From: Asterias rubens
Lineage: Eukaryota
Direction of reading: 5' to 3'
Assembly (NCBI RefSeq): GCF_902459465.1
Contig: NC_047065.1
Coordinates: forward strand, 7,750,001-7,814,000
DNA: 64,000 bases
This document shows, in pieces, positions 46,901-60,980 of this stretch. Below the pieces are notes generated by a model, which saw only the letters and a program-made list of their open reading frames with translations, searched no databases and had not been told where the DNA came from. How positions within the stretch are numbered: position 1 is the first letter of the stretch; each line of letters opens with the position of its first letter. The translations under genes were made by a program, and so were the position numbers.

Positions 46901-47814
46901 NTTGCTTTATGTAATTGCTATAATTAAAAACAGGCGTAAAACCATTCTCACATGTTACATTGGTATTTTAAACATTTAATGTCACTTAGAAGTTGAATAG
47001 TCGTATCCGGACATTTTTAAGTGAGGTGGGGGGGGGGGGCTCGATAGTTTGAGGCAGTCGTCAATTAAGATTGCACGGTCTGGTTCATAATAAATGAGGT
47101 TTACTATTTGATACGAATCAGTCATTGTATCCAAACACATTAATCTGTCATACTATCAGTTATACACGTTGGATATTTTAATATACAATGTACAAGAGAT
47201 GCACTTTTCGCCGCCCAGTGAAACAATACAACATTAAAAAATAAGGTTCGTTTTGTCATTCTGGAGTAAATTGTCAACACTGCGTCAAATTGTTTCCAAA
47301 CATGGCCAATTTGTCACAGGTGAATGAAAGCATGGTTTACTGGCGCGTAAGTAAAATCCGCTCACTGTTTATGAACAAATATAGGTCAATACATTATAAT
47401 CTTGAACTATATAATAATATACCAGCTATGGCAGGCCATGCCTACCGCCCACGCACTGATATAGCGACAAGTATAGCTAGACAGTGTTTTGTAGGACTCG
47501 GGTTATTATGTTTAATTCATTACCTTCCACGCAGCCTACGTATACCAAGGGTTCTTGTATCATTTGGCCTTCTTATGCTAGGCAAGCTCACTTTGTACAT
47601 GAATTCATGTCGCATGTATATTGCATAGCATAAATACGTTCACGTTTAGGTTAGGTGCGTTATAATTCTTTGGTGAATAACCGAAATCAATGTCAAAAGC
47701 GTTCCCAACTTTGGGAAATTTAAAAATAAAACCAACGGCTCTAAAGAATGGTAGACAGATTTCAGTCAACACACTTCATTATTATGCATTCTATTTAGAA
47801 ATTACAATAAACAT

Positions 47815-48085
47815 ACAAAGACTAGTTTTCACCGTTGGTGTATCTCAAAAGATGTATAAAATAACAAACCTGTGAAAATTTGAACTCAATCGGTTGCAAA
47901 GTTGCGAGATATTAATGAAAGAAAAAAACACCCTTGTCGCACCATTGTCACACGAAGTTGTGTGCTTTCAAATGCTTGATTTCGAGACCTCAAATTGTAA
48001 ATAAATGAGGTCATGAAATCAAATTCGTGGAAAACTACTTCTTTCTCGGAAACTATGTCACTTTAGAGGGAGCTGTTTTCTTGCC
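47815..48085 (+). mobile_element. Family A MITE internal fragment
   Basis: Body sequence without TIRs. Confidence 0.75.
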
Positions 48086-49279
48086 ATGTTTTGATGTGGC
48101 CTGTAGTGAGCACCGTACTCACATTGTTATAGCAATTACAGGCAAATCTATTGTAAGCCCCATACATCACACGGCGGAAAATTTAATTATGAAGTTGATA
48201 ACCAAAACAAAATTGGCTGTGTTTCTATACAGCCTACTTATAATGATTTCCACACTGAAATAAACCCAACACACAAATGTCAACAACAGTCAAATTAAGG
48301 TTGGCTTCTGCAGTCCATTTTGCCCCAAAGCATGCTAACAAAAAAATGTAATTATTATTTCTTTACGCCCCAGTTCACTTGAGAATTTTAAGTCGTAATG
48401 CCGGCGCGGCCATTACTGTTCATTCAATCAACCAATGCTGTCAGTCCGAAGGTGACATTTTACAAACAGTATTTTCCTCGTGCCCAGAAAATGCCTCGTT
48501 TGCATTTGTAGACTTGTGACGTAGATATTCGTTTGGAGATAGCTAGAACTCGCCATCACTGTGTGGAGATGGGCCGGGATGCAATGTTGCATGTGACATG
48601 GCTGATTCTTGAACAATTAGACGGCCATTACAGTCCGTATCTCTTGCATTGCTTTAACAACTCGGTAAATGTTGTTTGATTATCAAGCGGTTATTTTATC
48701 AACTAAAGAGCTTTCTCGGTAAAAGAAATACGATCAGACGTCGTGTGAATTATTTCAGAGCAAAACAAGTGTTTGAATAATATCGTATTATACCCCTTGT
48801 CTTCTGGTCTAAAATCATGGATCAATCAAAGAAGGCATCTTCTAATGTTCCGCGTGTTTTTTCGAAGTACAAATTTGAAATATGAAATCTGTATATATGA
48901 CATGATATGCAAGTCAGCGGATAACAATGGTTCCAATAATAATAATAACAAAATAATTGTTTAAGTTTATTCTATTTTACTAATCTTGTTTGTTCATTCA
49001 TTTATTAATGTAGTCAACTACTGTAATTGATAAATTAATTTATTATTTATTTGTATGTTTATTTATTAATTTGTTTGTTTATGCCTCTACTTTTTACTGT
49101 TTTTATTTTATATTTTAAAGCACAAGTGAAACCTTCTGAGTAATTTTTTGTTATACAACTCTTGATCAGAATTCGCCATTGATAAATGAATATCGCCTTG
49201 GCCGAGTACTGCATTGGCCTATCGAACGTAATAAAAAGCAACACAGAGCCGTGCAAGACCAAAGTGGGCCAATCCAACT

Positions 49280-49710
49280 ACCAAACCAAACCAAACCAAA
49301 CCAAACCAAACCAAACCAAACCTAACCAAACCAAACTAAACCAAACCAAACCTAACCAAATCAAACTATAAACCAAACCAAACCAAACCAAACTAAACNN
49401 NNNNNNNNNNNNNNNNNNNNNNNNNNNNNNNNNNNNNNNNNNNNNNNNNNNNNNNNNNNNNNNNNNNNNNNNNNNNNNNNNNNNNNNNNNNNNNNNNNNN
49501 NNNNNNNNNNNNNNNNNNNNNNNNNNNNNNNNNNNNNNNNNNNNNNNNNNNNNNNNNNNNNNNNNNNNNNNNNNNNNCAACCCAAACCAAACCAAACACC
49601 AAAAAACCCAAACTGAACCAAACCAAACCAAACCAAACCAAACCAAGCCAAACCATAAACCAAACCAAACCAAAACAAATCAAAACAGAAACCAGACTAA
49701 ACCAAACTAT
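49280..49710. repeat. (AAACC)n microsatellite spanning an N gap (49399-49577)
   Basis: Direct inspection; explains the WFGLV ORFs. Confidence 0.95.
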
Positions 49711-50336
49711 TCGGGCATAACCGACCCAACAAACCTAACCTATAACCAAAACTAAATCAGACAAAAACGTAATTACCTAATAAACAACCAAAAGAAGAAA
49801 ATAATCGAAACCAAATTGTCTGCAAACCCTCTGAAGCAAAATGTCATTATTATTAATCCTACAAAACTCGCGCAACGCCAATTGGCGCGAACCAATATCA
49901 AGCACACACCTTCCTCCCGCCATAAACACACAAGAATACCCAAAGTTTAAAAACCTAAATCACCTTCACTAAAAATATTCACACACAGCTTAATACTAAA
50001 AATGAGACAACTATATATCGTCTTCAAGTATACTAGCTACAACAAAACGAAATATAATTGCGGTATTATGTAGATGTTTTAACCAGATGCGGTTGTATGA
50101 AATTATAAGACAGAAATCATACAATCTGCATTTTCGTTCTAAATATATTTAGGTGACTATGAACATTATTCACATGGTTACCTCTTCTTTGCACATGGTT
50201 ACCCTTAAAGCTAAACACCGTAACCCATATGAAAATAAAATCAAAGAATCATTCCAGTAATGTATGTATATCAACCTAACGAGCAAAACAGACGACACAA
50301 AAAGGCACGTACAAGCTATACAGTGACCACGCTTTC

Positions 50337-50367
<31 letters not shown>

Positions 50368-51180
50368 CAGCCTTATTGTGTTAAATCTTAAGCAGCTATC
50401 ACAGTTCCGCCATTTTGTTTTTCTTCGATTTTTTCGGATAAACTTTCCCAGGCTTAAGGTTAAAGTGCAACCGAGTTTGCCTATTTCTGTTCTGAGAACT
50501 TGCGTAATACTTCATTGACATGATGATCTATAGCATGAAACGGCCAAAGTACATGCTGTCACCTTTGTGATGGTGTAGTGCTGTCACCTTTATGATGGTG
50601 TAGTTTTTGGACGAAATAATATCCCACATACTTTAATAGGCCTACTTCTCCTTTCCGTAATCCGGTAAATTGGTCCAGGTGAAAATATCAAAATGCCATT
50701 TATGATGGCTCCTACAATTACACAGTTTTTTTTAAAATATGATCTGTAACTGAGCATTCTTTCATCAAAACTGTTGGCCTTCATGACAAACTCATTATTA
50801 TAGATAGTTCCGGTCTTGCGAACTTGATGAAGCTATGCAGTTTTGAGCCCCCCTGGATCTGCGACTAGACTGTTTCACAATCCTATTATCATAATCTTCT
50901 TATGAAGTCACAGCGTACGTCATGTAAGAAATTGAAAATCGCCAGTAAGGTTCTCACACAGTGCTTCAACAGCAACAGGGTCATACCAAAAATCATAAAC
51001 AAAATATCAAAATGTGTTTGCTTGAATCTTGCGCTTAAAAAGCGTAGTCTCACGGGTACCCCGTCAAGGCTTGCAGCTCTGTTGCTCCCTGAATATGATT
51101 TGGTCACGATTCTTAGCGGGATACCAGCAAATGTTATTACGTATCAATGAAATAAACAAATTTCAGGCCTTAGGCTCTTA

Positions 51181-51328
51181 AGGCCGAGTTATAGTCGGTC
51201 GCGCGATGGTCGGGCGTCGGAAATCTTGACGCGCGATCATAAAAGACACGGTTTTTAGGCCTCAGTCTTAGGATTGCGCGCAAGATTTCCGTCGCGCGAC
51301 CATCGCGCGACCGACTATAAACCGGCCT
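51181..51328. mobile_element. Harbinger/PIF-type hairpin MITE, 148 bp, TTA TSD
   Basis: TTA|AGGCCGAGTTATAGTCGGTCGCGCGATGGTCG...CGACCATCGCGCGACCGACTATAAACCGGCCT|TTA. Confidence 0.85.
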
Positions 51329-51529
51329 TTACCATTCAGGTATTCAGAGCGATGGTAAACATACGCCACCCACTTTGATTTATGATTTCAATAAGGATAC
51401 CAACTGTTACCATAATATCATATACAGAACTGAGACTTGTGTGCGTAAAAATATTCAACTTGGAAATTCAGGCAAAGGTATACAATACCTTCTGCACATG
51501 AGAAAGGAAAAGATGGAGGAATACCTAAC

Positions 51530-51904
51530 TTAAAGGTAACGTACACGTTTGGTGTTTACTCAGAGCGGTATTAACTTAAAAAAATACTTGGTAACGAGTA
51601 TTGGAGAGCTGCTGATAGTATAAAACATTGTGAGAAACGACTCCCTCTGAAGTAGCATAGATTTTTAAATAGAGTTATTTTCTCACTAAAATAATAAAAG
51701 ACTTCTAGCTAGAAATCTTTTATTCCTATCTGAAAGCACACAAATTCGTCCAACAGGGGTGTTTTTTCTTTCATCATTTTCTCCCAACTCCGATGACCAA
51801 TTGAGCTAAAATTTTCACAGGTTTGTTAATTTATGCATATGTTGAGATACACCAAGTGAAAACACTGGTCTTTGACAATTACCAATAGTGTACCTTCCCT
51901 TTAA
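51530..51904 (-). mobile_element. Kolobok-type MITE family C, reverse
   Basis: TTAA|AGGTAACGTACAC...GTGTACCTTCCCT|TTAA. Confidence 0.85.
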
Positions 51905-52776
51905 ACACGATGACGCCCGATAAACTGTCAAAAAGAACTTAACGGCAATTATGTTCAACTCCATTCAATTAGTTCGTTGGGATGGGAAGCACAAGTATTT
52001 CCAACTGCAATAACGTTTATTTTAATGCTAATGCAAGCTTGCCATGCTAATTGTGGTTTTTCACACCAACAACGCGAAAACGAAAAAAAAAGAGGGAATG
52101 ATTTGTTATGGTTATGTAAATAGTGAAACCATTAAATTACAATTAGATATGTTTTCCAAACAATAATTGCTAAAATATAACCAATTATATTATATATATT
52201 ATACTGTAGACTAGATTGTTGTCATCATGTAGATCCCCTTTGCAGTACTGTCAATATGGAGATGACATAGATATAAAACGTATTAACTGCACTCTACAAA
52301 AAGCAGGTCTACAACTCGTCGTACCGCATGGGTAACTGTGAATAATGTCAAGATGATATTGCGTCACGTCTTGATGAAATCCACGGCCTCGGTCAATTAC
52401 AGGTCATTGTGACATCTGTGCGGTTACGCTTGGCCGGTAGCAAAACAACAACGCTCAATGTCGCTTCATCGTAGCTGCTATATACGCAAATGAATTCAGT
52501 ATCCATGATACATGAATCAGTCAGGCCAAGTGCATTGCATATGAAATTAAAATTCGGCTGTCTATATTTTAATTGAAATCGAAGCGGCTTATACAACACA
52601 GCGCCATTTGAGTCCGACAGCTTGGTCAATTCATAATTAGCGTCTAGTATCCAATGGTAGTATGCCTTTTTAGCTGTAATGCAGATTATGATCTGGTGAC
52701 AGTTCAGAACAAACAATTTTGCGGTTATTTCATTTAAACCAGAGCAGCAACAGATCATTATTATACCAAAGAAAAA

Positions 52777-53135
52777 AGCATCGCTACTCGACGAAGCCTC
52801 GAAAGCTACTCGATGAAGCCTCGAAAGGAAAATAGCATCGCTACTCGACAAAGCCTCGAAAGGAATTCTTAGCTGTTCAGCCATAGCATCGCTACTCGAC
52901 GAAGCCTCGAAATGAATTCTTACCTGTTCAGCCATAGCATCGCTACTCGACGAAGCCTCGAAAGGAATTCTTACCTGTTCAGCCATAGCATCGCTACTCG
53001 ACGAAGCCTCGAAAGGAATTCTTAGCGGTTCATTTCCATTTTGTTTAGGGTTTGATAGAAAATAGCATCGCTACTCGACGAAGCCTCGAAAGGAATTCTT
53101 AGCTGTTCATTTCCATTTGTTTTAGGGTTTGATAT
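52777..53135. repeat. 51-bp minisatellite (atagcatcgctactcgacgaagcctcgaaaggaattcttacctgttcagcc), about 7 partial and full units
   Basis: Direct inspection; gives the repetitive N-terminus of ORF 52393-52986. Confidence 0.9.
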
Positions 53136-53313
53136 AGTTGTTGTGGTAATACAAATCTTTATTGATCTCTAAATCTTTATTATTTGAGATAAAAATGACT
53201 GTGGTAATCTGCCTGAAATCTTGATGCCACAGAAGCCGATAAATTATGAAGTCAAAAGAGGGCTTGAATAGCTTCTCTCTCCCTAAGTCGGTATGTATCG
53301 ATGTAACTGCACA

Positions 53314-53666
53314 TTAAAGGAACACGTTGCCTTGGATCAGACGAGTTGGTCTATGAAAAGCGTTTGAAACCGTTTGTTGTGAAAAGCATATGGTTGGAAA
53401 GATGTTTTAAAAGTAGAATATAATGATCCACACAAGTATCACTCGAAATTGCACGGGTTTCCTTTTACGTCGCGAACTATAAATGGCCGACCGTGTTAGT
53501 CGATGGATGAGGTAAAAAGAAAACAACGCAATTTCAAGGCATTTTTGTGTAGATCATTGTATTCTACTTTTACAACATCTTTCTACCCGTTTGCATTTTA
53601 AAACAAACGATTACGGAACGATTTTCAAAGACCAACTCGACCGATCCAAGGCAACGTTTCCTTTAA
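53314..53666. mobile_element. Kolobok-type MITE family B
   Basis: TIR AGGAACACGTTGCCTTGGATC plus TTAA. Confidence 0.85.
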
Positions 53667-54452
53667 TTCTGATAACGCAGAAATGACATCTTACAACCAG
53701 CGCAAAGGTGCTTGTACGTCAGAGGTCTTAATAATTGTATACCGTTTCTTGCGTGAGACAATAGGGGCAGTGTTCTTTTGTCATGACAACGTGGTATCTG
53801 GGATGGATTATACCGTATAGCTGTTCATTAATTTTGCTTTAACTGGTGCTCTAGGGAAACAAACCGGGATATAAAAAAAAAAAATGTAAAGCATCTTTCA
53901 CTTTCACTTTAAAATTATGTTTTGCAAAACTATAAATAAAACTTCTCTATATGTGTACCAGCTTTCATAAAAAGGGGGGGGGGGTGATGAGACCTTTACA
54001 GGGTATCTTGATTCCTATCAGAGGAGAAGGCATAATATAAGTTTCGATGAAGCAATTTTGTCAACACATCATGTGCTTGTGCCATGTCTTTGGATGTACA
54101 ATCTGCCAAAGCTGAGGTGTTAGAATAATAAAAGTCGAGTTGGCCAAAGTGAACGCCAGTTGTCTATTTTTAACACCCTAGATCTTGCAGTGTAAAAGAA
54201 TATAAAAGAAGGTTTTTATCAGAGAAAACATGATCGGATTCATTTCAGGTCTTCTCCTTATGATCATAGGTGCTATATAATTAGGACTACAACGTGAGGC
54301 GGCATCATTTGGATTGCAGTGCACATGGGTCTGTTTTAGTATGCAACTGCTAAGCACAGAAATGTGATAACCAGCAAATGTTATGGATTACTGTCCAGAA
54401 TGGGTTCCCTGCTTACATTATTGGATATGTGCGAATATGATGAGCTATCATG

Positions 54453-54837
54453 TTAGAGACAGTGGACACTCTTGGTAATTGTCAAAGACAAGTCTTCTCA
54501 CTTGGTGTATATCTCATCGTAACCATTCACAAACCTGTAAAAATTTGAGCTCAATTGGTCGTCGAAGTTGCGAGATAGTAATGAAAGAAAAAACACCCTT
54601 GTCACATGAAGTTGTGTGCTTTCAGATGCTTGATTTCGAGACATCCAATTCTAAATATGAGGATTCGAAATCAAAGTCGTGGAAAATTACTTCTTTCTCG
54701 AAAACTATGTCACTTCAGAGGAAGTAGTTTCTCACAATGTTTTTAACTATCAACCTCTCCCCATAGCTTGTTACCAAGTAAGGTTTTATGCTAATAATTG
54801 TTTTTGAGTAGTTACCAATAGTGTCCACTGCCTTTAA
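54453..54837 (+). mobile_element. Kolobok-type MITE family A
   Basis: TIRs and body. Confidence 0.88.
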
Positions 54838-55643
54838 ACTTTAGAACCTCTACATTATGTCCTGATATAGTTTTTTTAACGTGTAGCGCAGAAATAGGCT
54901 GTGCTTGAGTGAGCGGGTATGGACTTATTTCCACGTTAGGGTTGAGGCAAAATAGGAGGACAATAGCAATCACGTATAGCCACTGCCACAGCGTGTAACT
55001 AGAGATGCTCATAGGCGTCCATAATCTAACTTTTATTATTTGCTAATGAAAACAGTGAGGTATCTGGTAGATATTTTGCCAGCAAAACTGAATAAAGGCC
55101 CTATTTAAAAACCTTCAGAATAAGGTTTCTCGATGAGATCAGGAGAAAGGGATATCGGTGACGTCATCTCGTGCCATCGCTCTGATACCATTGTACTATA
55201 AGATGAAAAGCCCCCCCCCACCCCCAAAGAAAAAAAAAGGAAGAAAAAAAGAAAGAAAAAACGAAAAAAACAAACAACAACATTTACATAATCTTGTTAT
55301 GTGTTTACCTTATGTTTGTCAAGGTTATACAAGATAAATATCTTCTTAAAGAACGCTGTCGAACTCGTTTTAAAACATCGTGAATTGATATCAAATCATT
55401 CAGAGCCATTATGAGACATCTTCATGGAATGTTTGATACATGAAATTTGAACTGGAATTTCTACTCTACAAAATATATAGATCATTCTTTAATCTCAGAT
55501 CATACTTAGGGCCTACTTAACGAAAATCTGAATGGAAATTTCTGAAAGAATTTGTTTAAATTAAATTTAGTTAATGTCACTTTATACATCTTTAATATGA
55601 AGTAAAGGCCTGTAGGCTTTTAGAATAAAAACAAATTTGTTAT

Positions 55644-55794
55644 AGGCCTGTAGGCATTGACGTCATACAGCCGCCATCTTAAAGGTAAACAGAATGATGA
55701 AACAATGGAAATGCACATTATTTGTACGTGCGGCGCACAGGACTTGACCTCTATGTGAGGGCGCCCTACTTAAATGACGTCATGCATAAGGTTT
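55644..55794. mobile_element. AT-flanked MITE, inverted homologue of 765-943
   Basis: cattgacgtcat..agccgccatctta.aggtaaa and ttgacctcta.gtgagggcgcc.tact.aaatgac shared. Confidence 0.7.
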
Positions 55795-57142
55795 ATTCTG
55801 GCAATTACCGATCCTAATACGTCATTAGCGGTACATAACATCATTGTTTTTAAAAAAGTACATTCATTTCCATCTTCTTATTTCCATAAACACAACAATA
55901 CAAGATCCAGTCAACCTGTGCTGTGACCATTTTACACAGAATTCAACTTAGCTTGTTAATTGAAACCAACGAAAGCCGGGTTGTGATTTGTCAGTGGTCT
56001 TACGCACATGTTCATATGTACGTACGGTTTCTATTTTCTCAATGTTGACAATATTTCAGATGGAAGTCTGTCTCTCAAGGATTGTTGCTGGTTCGAACTT
56101 TATAATTATTGAGCAACGACAATATCAATACAACTTGCAGTTATTTTAAAGTTATAATTATCCTATACGCATGGCTCCTTTATTTTGACAAATTTTAGTC
56201 GAAGATCTTTCTCTGGAGAGTTGGTGCTGGTTGATCGAACTTTATAACTATAGTGAGCTTTGAAACTAACAATTGTTTGTTTTGCCTGCATTTTATCTTT
56301 AAGTAAATACGAGTATACATGGCTGCTGTTGATACTTTGCACAGAACATCAAAGCCATCGGACACAATTTTGTTTTTAAAGTTCACAGATTTACAAATAG
56401 CTTACGGGTTTACAGAAGGTAATGGTGAAAGACTTCCCTTGAAATATTAATCCATGAAATGCTTTACTTTTTGAGAAAACATTGAAACAATTATCAATTC
56501 TCGATATCGAGAATAACGGATTGATTTTGAATACAAGTCTTGACACGGCGAAGTTTGTTACTTTATACATTCAAGGTGTCAATAAACGAAGTGTTGGCCC
56601 TCTGGACAATACTGTTTACCGATGTTGTGCGAATGCTTTACAATGGGCCTATGTGAACTAATCCCGACCTCTAAACACACTTGCTCAGTTGACAATATTG
56701 TGGGCATGGCTGTATTATACCACAAATGAACAAATACTTTTTAAAATAATCAAGTTTGGGTCCAACACCGGTAACTGAAGTTAAGCAATTTTAAACAAAA
56801 ATGTCGGATATCCGTTCGTCGAATATAGTATTGTCATAAAACTTGAGTTTCACGCGGTGTTTTCGAAAATGCATTTCGATGAATTTTCTTTAGGATTGTC
56901 TATTTTAAACTGGAGAATTAGAATTATGAATGGGGTACAGTGGATAGTGGAGTATTAGCTGCTGTTGTACCATCCTTTTGTTTGACACTGTAGGGGGCCT
57001 ACGTCAACATGAAGTGCTCTCAACCCATGAATGTTATCATAGTTCGTGTTTCAATGTGTCTTATTCAGCCATCGACGTTAATAACTGTTTGTAGCGTTGA
57101 TTTGTACGGGGTTAGGGAAATTATGCACTGACAATATTCAGC

Positions 57143-57514
57143 TTAAAGGCAGTGGACACTATTGGTAAATACTATATTTATAAGCATAAAACCTTACTTG
57201 GTAACGAGTAATGGGGAGCTGTTGATAGAATAAAACATTGTGAGAAACGGCGCCCTCTAAAGTAACGTGGTTTTCGAGAAGGAAGTATTTTTCCACGAAA
57301 ATCATTTCGAGACCTCAGACCCGAAGTCTCGAAATCAAGCATCTTAAAGCACACAACTATGTGTGACTAGGGTGTTTTATATTTAACTATTACCTCGCAA
57401 CTTCGACTACCAATTGAGCCCAAATTTTCACTGGTTTGTTTTATTCATATGTTGAAATACACCAAGTGAGAAGACAGGTCCTTGAAAATTTCCAATAATA
57501 CCCAGTGTCTTTAA
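57143..57514 (-). mobile_element. Kolobok-type MITE family A, reverse
   Basis: TIRs plus TTAA. Confidence 0.85.
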
Positions 57515-57802
57515 TGAACTTACAGAAAACCCACATGGAAAGAGTCACGTTGACATTCTGTATGATTGCTTCCGTTTGTTTTTAAATGTCGAAAGGAAGG
57601 AAACAAATAGCAAAGGTTCTTTCTGTGAGTGTGTTTTTATTTGTTTAAACTATCACAAAAAGTTATTATTTTTGAGGAATTTTATTACCACTTTAAAATA
57701 TTGTCATGTGAATACTGGATATTCATTTTTAAGTGGGGGAATGGGCTTTATACAGGATACTTGTGTTGTGTCAATCGGAGGCTCATTCAAATTAATTAGT
57801 TT

Positions 57803-58408
57803 GCAAATGAAGGACATGTTTAACTCTATTAATTATGCTATCTGGGTTCAATGGAGGAAATCTCAAGTCAATAGAGGCTATCTGGAATCCAGGTTATGTG
57901 GAGGTCAATTGAGGATATTAAGTTCATTTGAGGCCACATGCAAGGCTATATGGAGGCACCAATGTTACAGTGTATCATGGGGATCAATGGACATTATTTG
58001 GAGGTCAATGGAAGGTTCATGACAAACGTATGGGACTATCTGATGGATGTGGTACTCTTTGGGGAAAATTGGGAGGTTTTGGATCCGAGAATTAGTGAGC
58101 ACTTTGCCAATGAAGGACATGTTTAACTCTAATAATGATGCTATCTGGGTTCAATGGAGGAAATCTCAAGTCAATAGAGGCTATCTGGAATCCAGGTTAT
58201 GTGTAGGTCAATTGAGGACATTTGAGGCTACATAGAAGGCTATTATGGAGGTACCAATGTTACTGGGTATCTATGGGGAGCAATGGACATTATTTGGAGG
58301 TCAATGGAAGGTTCATGACAAACGTATGGGACTATCTGATGGATGTGGTACTCTTTGGGCAATATGGTATGGGGTGGTTTTGGATCTGAGGATCAGTGAG
58401 CACTTGAA
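57803..58408. repeat. Tandem duplication with ~303-bp period
   Basis: aatgaaggacatgtttaactcta...ggatgtggtactctttggg starts at 57803 and again at 58106. Confidence 0.9.
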
Positions 58409-59405
58409 TCGGACATCGGGAGGTAAATTACGCCGATGGTATAGGGAGATCCTGGTTTGGAGGTAAAGGGAACTTTTGTTAAGAGGCTTTGACAATGGAA
58501 GTCGCAAGCACGGGGTTTCAAAGGCTGTGGATCTTATAAGGTCAATGGTGACTGTAAAGGATGTTTTGGATTCAGGAAGTCAATAGGGAATAAAGATAAT
58601 GCAAGCGGCTCTGGGTTTGTAGGTCATGGACTTCTGCTTTGGACATGGAGGTTGTTTGGCACTAGGATAAGGAGACCCAGAATACCAAGTTTGATGGGCA
58701 AATAAACTCTGAAACCTAAGGTAAAATTGCGGCATGGAAATGGAGTGCTTTATCCTTATGGATAATGGGATATTTAGTAAAGAGATCCTTGATCCTAGGT
58801 CAACGGGTAACGTGGAAAATACAAGGAAGGTACAATGATAAGGACGTTTCAGATCTGGACTGAGACAGGGAGGTTCTATGTCTTGAGACAAGTGGTATTG
58901 ATGAGTAATGCTGAGTGGAATCTTTAAAACCGAAAGGAGGCTTTGAATTTGAAGATGGTTGAAAGAATGAAAAGGCCGGTTTGAATCAAGGCTGCATGAG
59001 GTTGATATGCACATAGGCAACAACAATGCCCTATAGATCACGAGGTTAAGTTATATTCGTGGAAGGAGAGTGCTTGATCATCAGGTAAACTGGTTATCAT
59101 TGGAAAGAACACTCTGGAGATTGAGTTCAATTAAAATAGAGAAAGAAGGTCAACAATCCGGAGGTTAATTGGCAAATAAAGGAACTTTTGAATCTTGAGG
59201 TCGATGTGTAATGATGGTTTGGAGCTATATGAATGGGTATGGGAAGGAGGCTCTGATCTTGAGGCCAATGGGCGTGGTCTCGAGGTCAATTTGCAATTGC
59301 AAAACGTGGAGTTTCTCATCTTGATGTAAAGAAGCAATGTGTGAAGGGGGTTCTGACCACTAGGGCAATCGGCAATGTGGGAGGTTCTGATCTTGATGGG
59401 TCAAT

Positions 59406-59547
59406 GGGACAAAAAATTTGACACTAGGTGGCAGCAGACTTACCAGGTTGATCCATTGTTCTCGATAATGTGCGCATGCTTAGAACTACATAAACAATGG
59501 ACATTTTCCTGGTAAGGATGCTGCCACCTAGCGTTCCAAAGTCTCCC
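59406..59547. mobile_element. GGGAGACTTT hairpin MITE inside the degenerate satellite
   Basis: ctaggtggcagcagacttacc / ctgccacctagcg..aaagtctccc. Confidence 0.8.
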
Positions 59548-59838
59548 TGGGCAGTAAATAGAATTACTGAAGTATTAAAGCTGCAATTAGGTCTAAAATC
59601 TAAAATACAAAACCACGTATAAAGCATTAACAGTAGCTTAAAAATATACATAGATTAATAACAATGGAATAAGACCGATTGCAAACCCCCAGTCGTGTTT
59701 CTCTCAATTAAAGGTACAAAAGCGAGGTTTTGTATCTGGGAAATAGGTGAAAAGTTCTGGATCTTGAGGTCAACGGCAACACCGGAAGGAGATTCCGAGA
59801 GATTCCCTTGTGTGGCAATAGAGGTAAATGTTAGTAAA

Positions 59839-60980
59839 TGGGTAATATGGGCAGAGGTTTTGATGTTGAGGTCAATGGGTAATAGGGGCAGAGGTTTTGA
59901 TGTTGAGGTCAATGGGTAATATGGCCAGAGGTATCGATGTTGAGGTCAATGGGTAATATGGGCAGAGGTTTTGATGTTGAGGTCAATGGGTATGGCCGGA
60001 GGTTTTGATGTTGAGGTCAATGGGTATGGGCGGAGGCTTTGATGTTGAGGTCAATGGGTAATATGGACAGAGGTTTTGATGTTGAGGTAAATGGGTAATA
60101 TGGGCAGAGGTTTTGACGTGGAAGTCAATGAGTAATATATGGGCAGAGGTTTTGATGTTGAGGTCAATGGGTAATAAATGGGCAGAGGTTTTGATGTTGA
60201 GGTCAATGGGTAATATGGGCAGAGGTTTTGATGTTGAGGTTAATTGGTAATTATGGGCAGAGGTTTTGATGTTGAGGTCAATGGGTAAGGGCCGAGGTTT
60301 TGATGTTAAGGTCAATGGGTAATATGGGCCGAGGTTTTGATGTTGAGGTCAATGGGTATGGGCGGAGGCTTTGATGTTGAGGTCAATGGGTAACATGGGC
60401 AGAGGTTTTGATGTTGAGGTCAATGGGTAAGGGCAGAGGTTTTGATGTTGAGGTCAATGAGTATGGGCAGAGGTTTCGATATAAAGGTCAATGGGTAATA
60501 TGGGCAGCGGGTTTGATGTTGAGGTCAATGGGTAATATGGGCAGAGGTTTTGATGTTGAGGTCAATGGGTATAAAGGCAGAGGTTTTGATGTTGATGTCA
60601 ATGGGTAATATGGGCAGAGGTTTTGATGTGAAGGTCAATGGGTAACATGGGCAGAGGTTTCGATGTTGAGGTTAGTGGGTAACCTGGGCAGAGGTTTTGA
60701 TGTTGAGGTCAATAGGTAATATGGGCAGAGGTTTTGATGTTGAGGTTAATAGGTAATACGGGCAGAGGTTTTGATGATGAGGTCAATAGGTAACATGGGC
60801 AGAGGTTTTGAAGTTGAGGTCAATGGGTAAGGGCAGATGTTTTGATGTTGAGGTCAATGGGTAATATGGGCAGAGGCTTTGATGTTGAGGCCAATGGGTA
60901 ATAATTATGGGCAGAGGTTTCGATGTTGAGGCCAATGGGTAAGGGCAGAGGTTTTTAACTTGAGGCTAATGGGTAATATG
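59839..60980. repeat. 33-37-bp minisatellite (gggcagaggttttgatgttgaggtcaatgggtaatat), about 30 units
   Basis: Direct inspection; flanked by older degenerate gatcttgaggtcaatgg repeats over ~57800-61610. Confidence 0.95.

Noticed and set aside
52393-52986. 197-aa ORF
   Set aside because: N-terminus is the 51-bp repeat and the remainder has no recognisable domain.
7889-54727. Recurrent ORFs such as MSSIGHRSCEIIMKEKT.. and MCAFRCLISRPQILNLRS..
   Set aside because: Translations of family A MITE bodies; ends and frames differ between copies; no transposase motifs.
57576-60608. ORFs of 60-153 aa in the satellite domain
   Set aside because: Low-complexity products of a stop-poor G/T-rich repeat.
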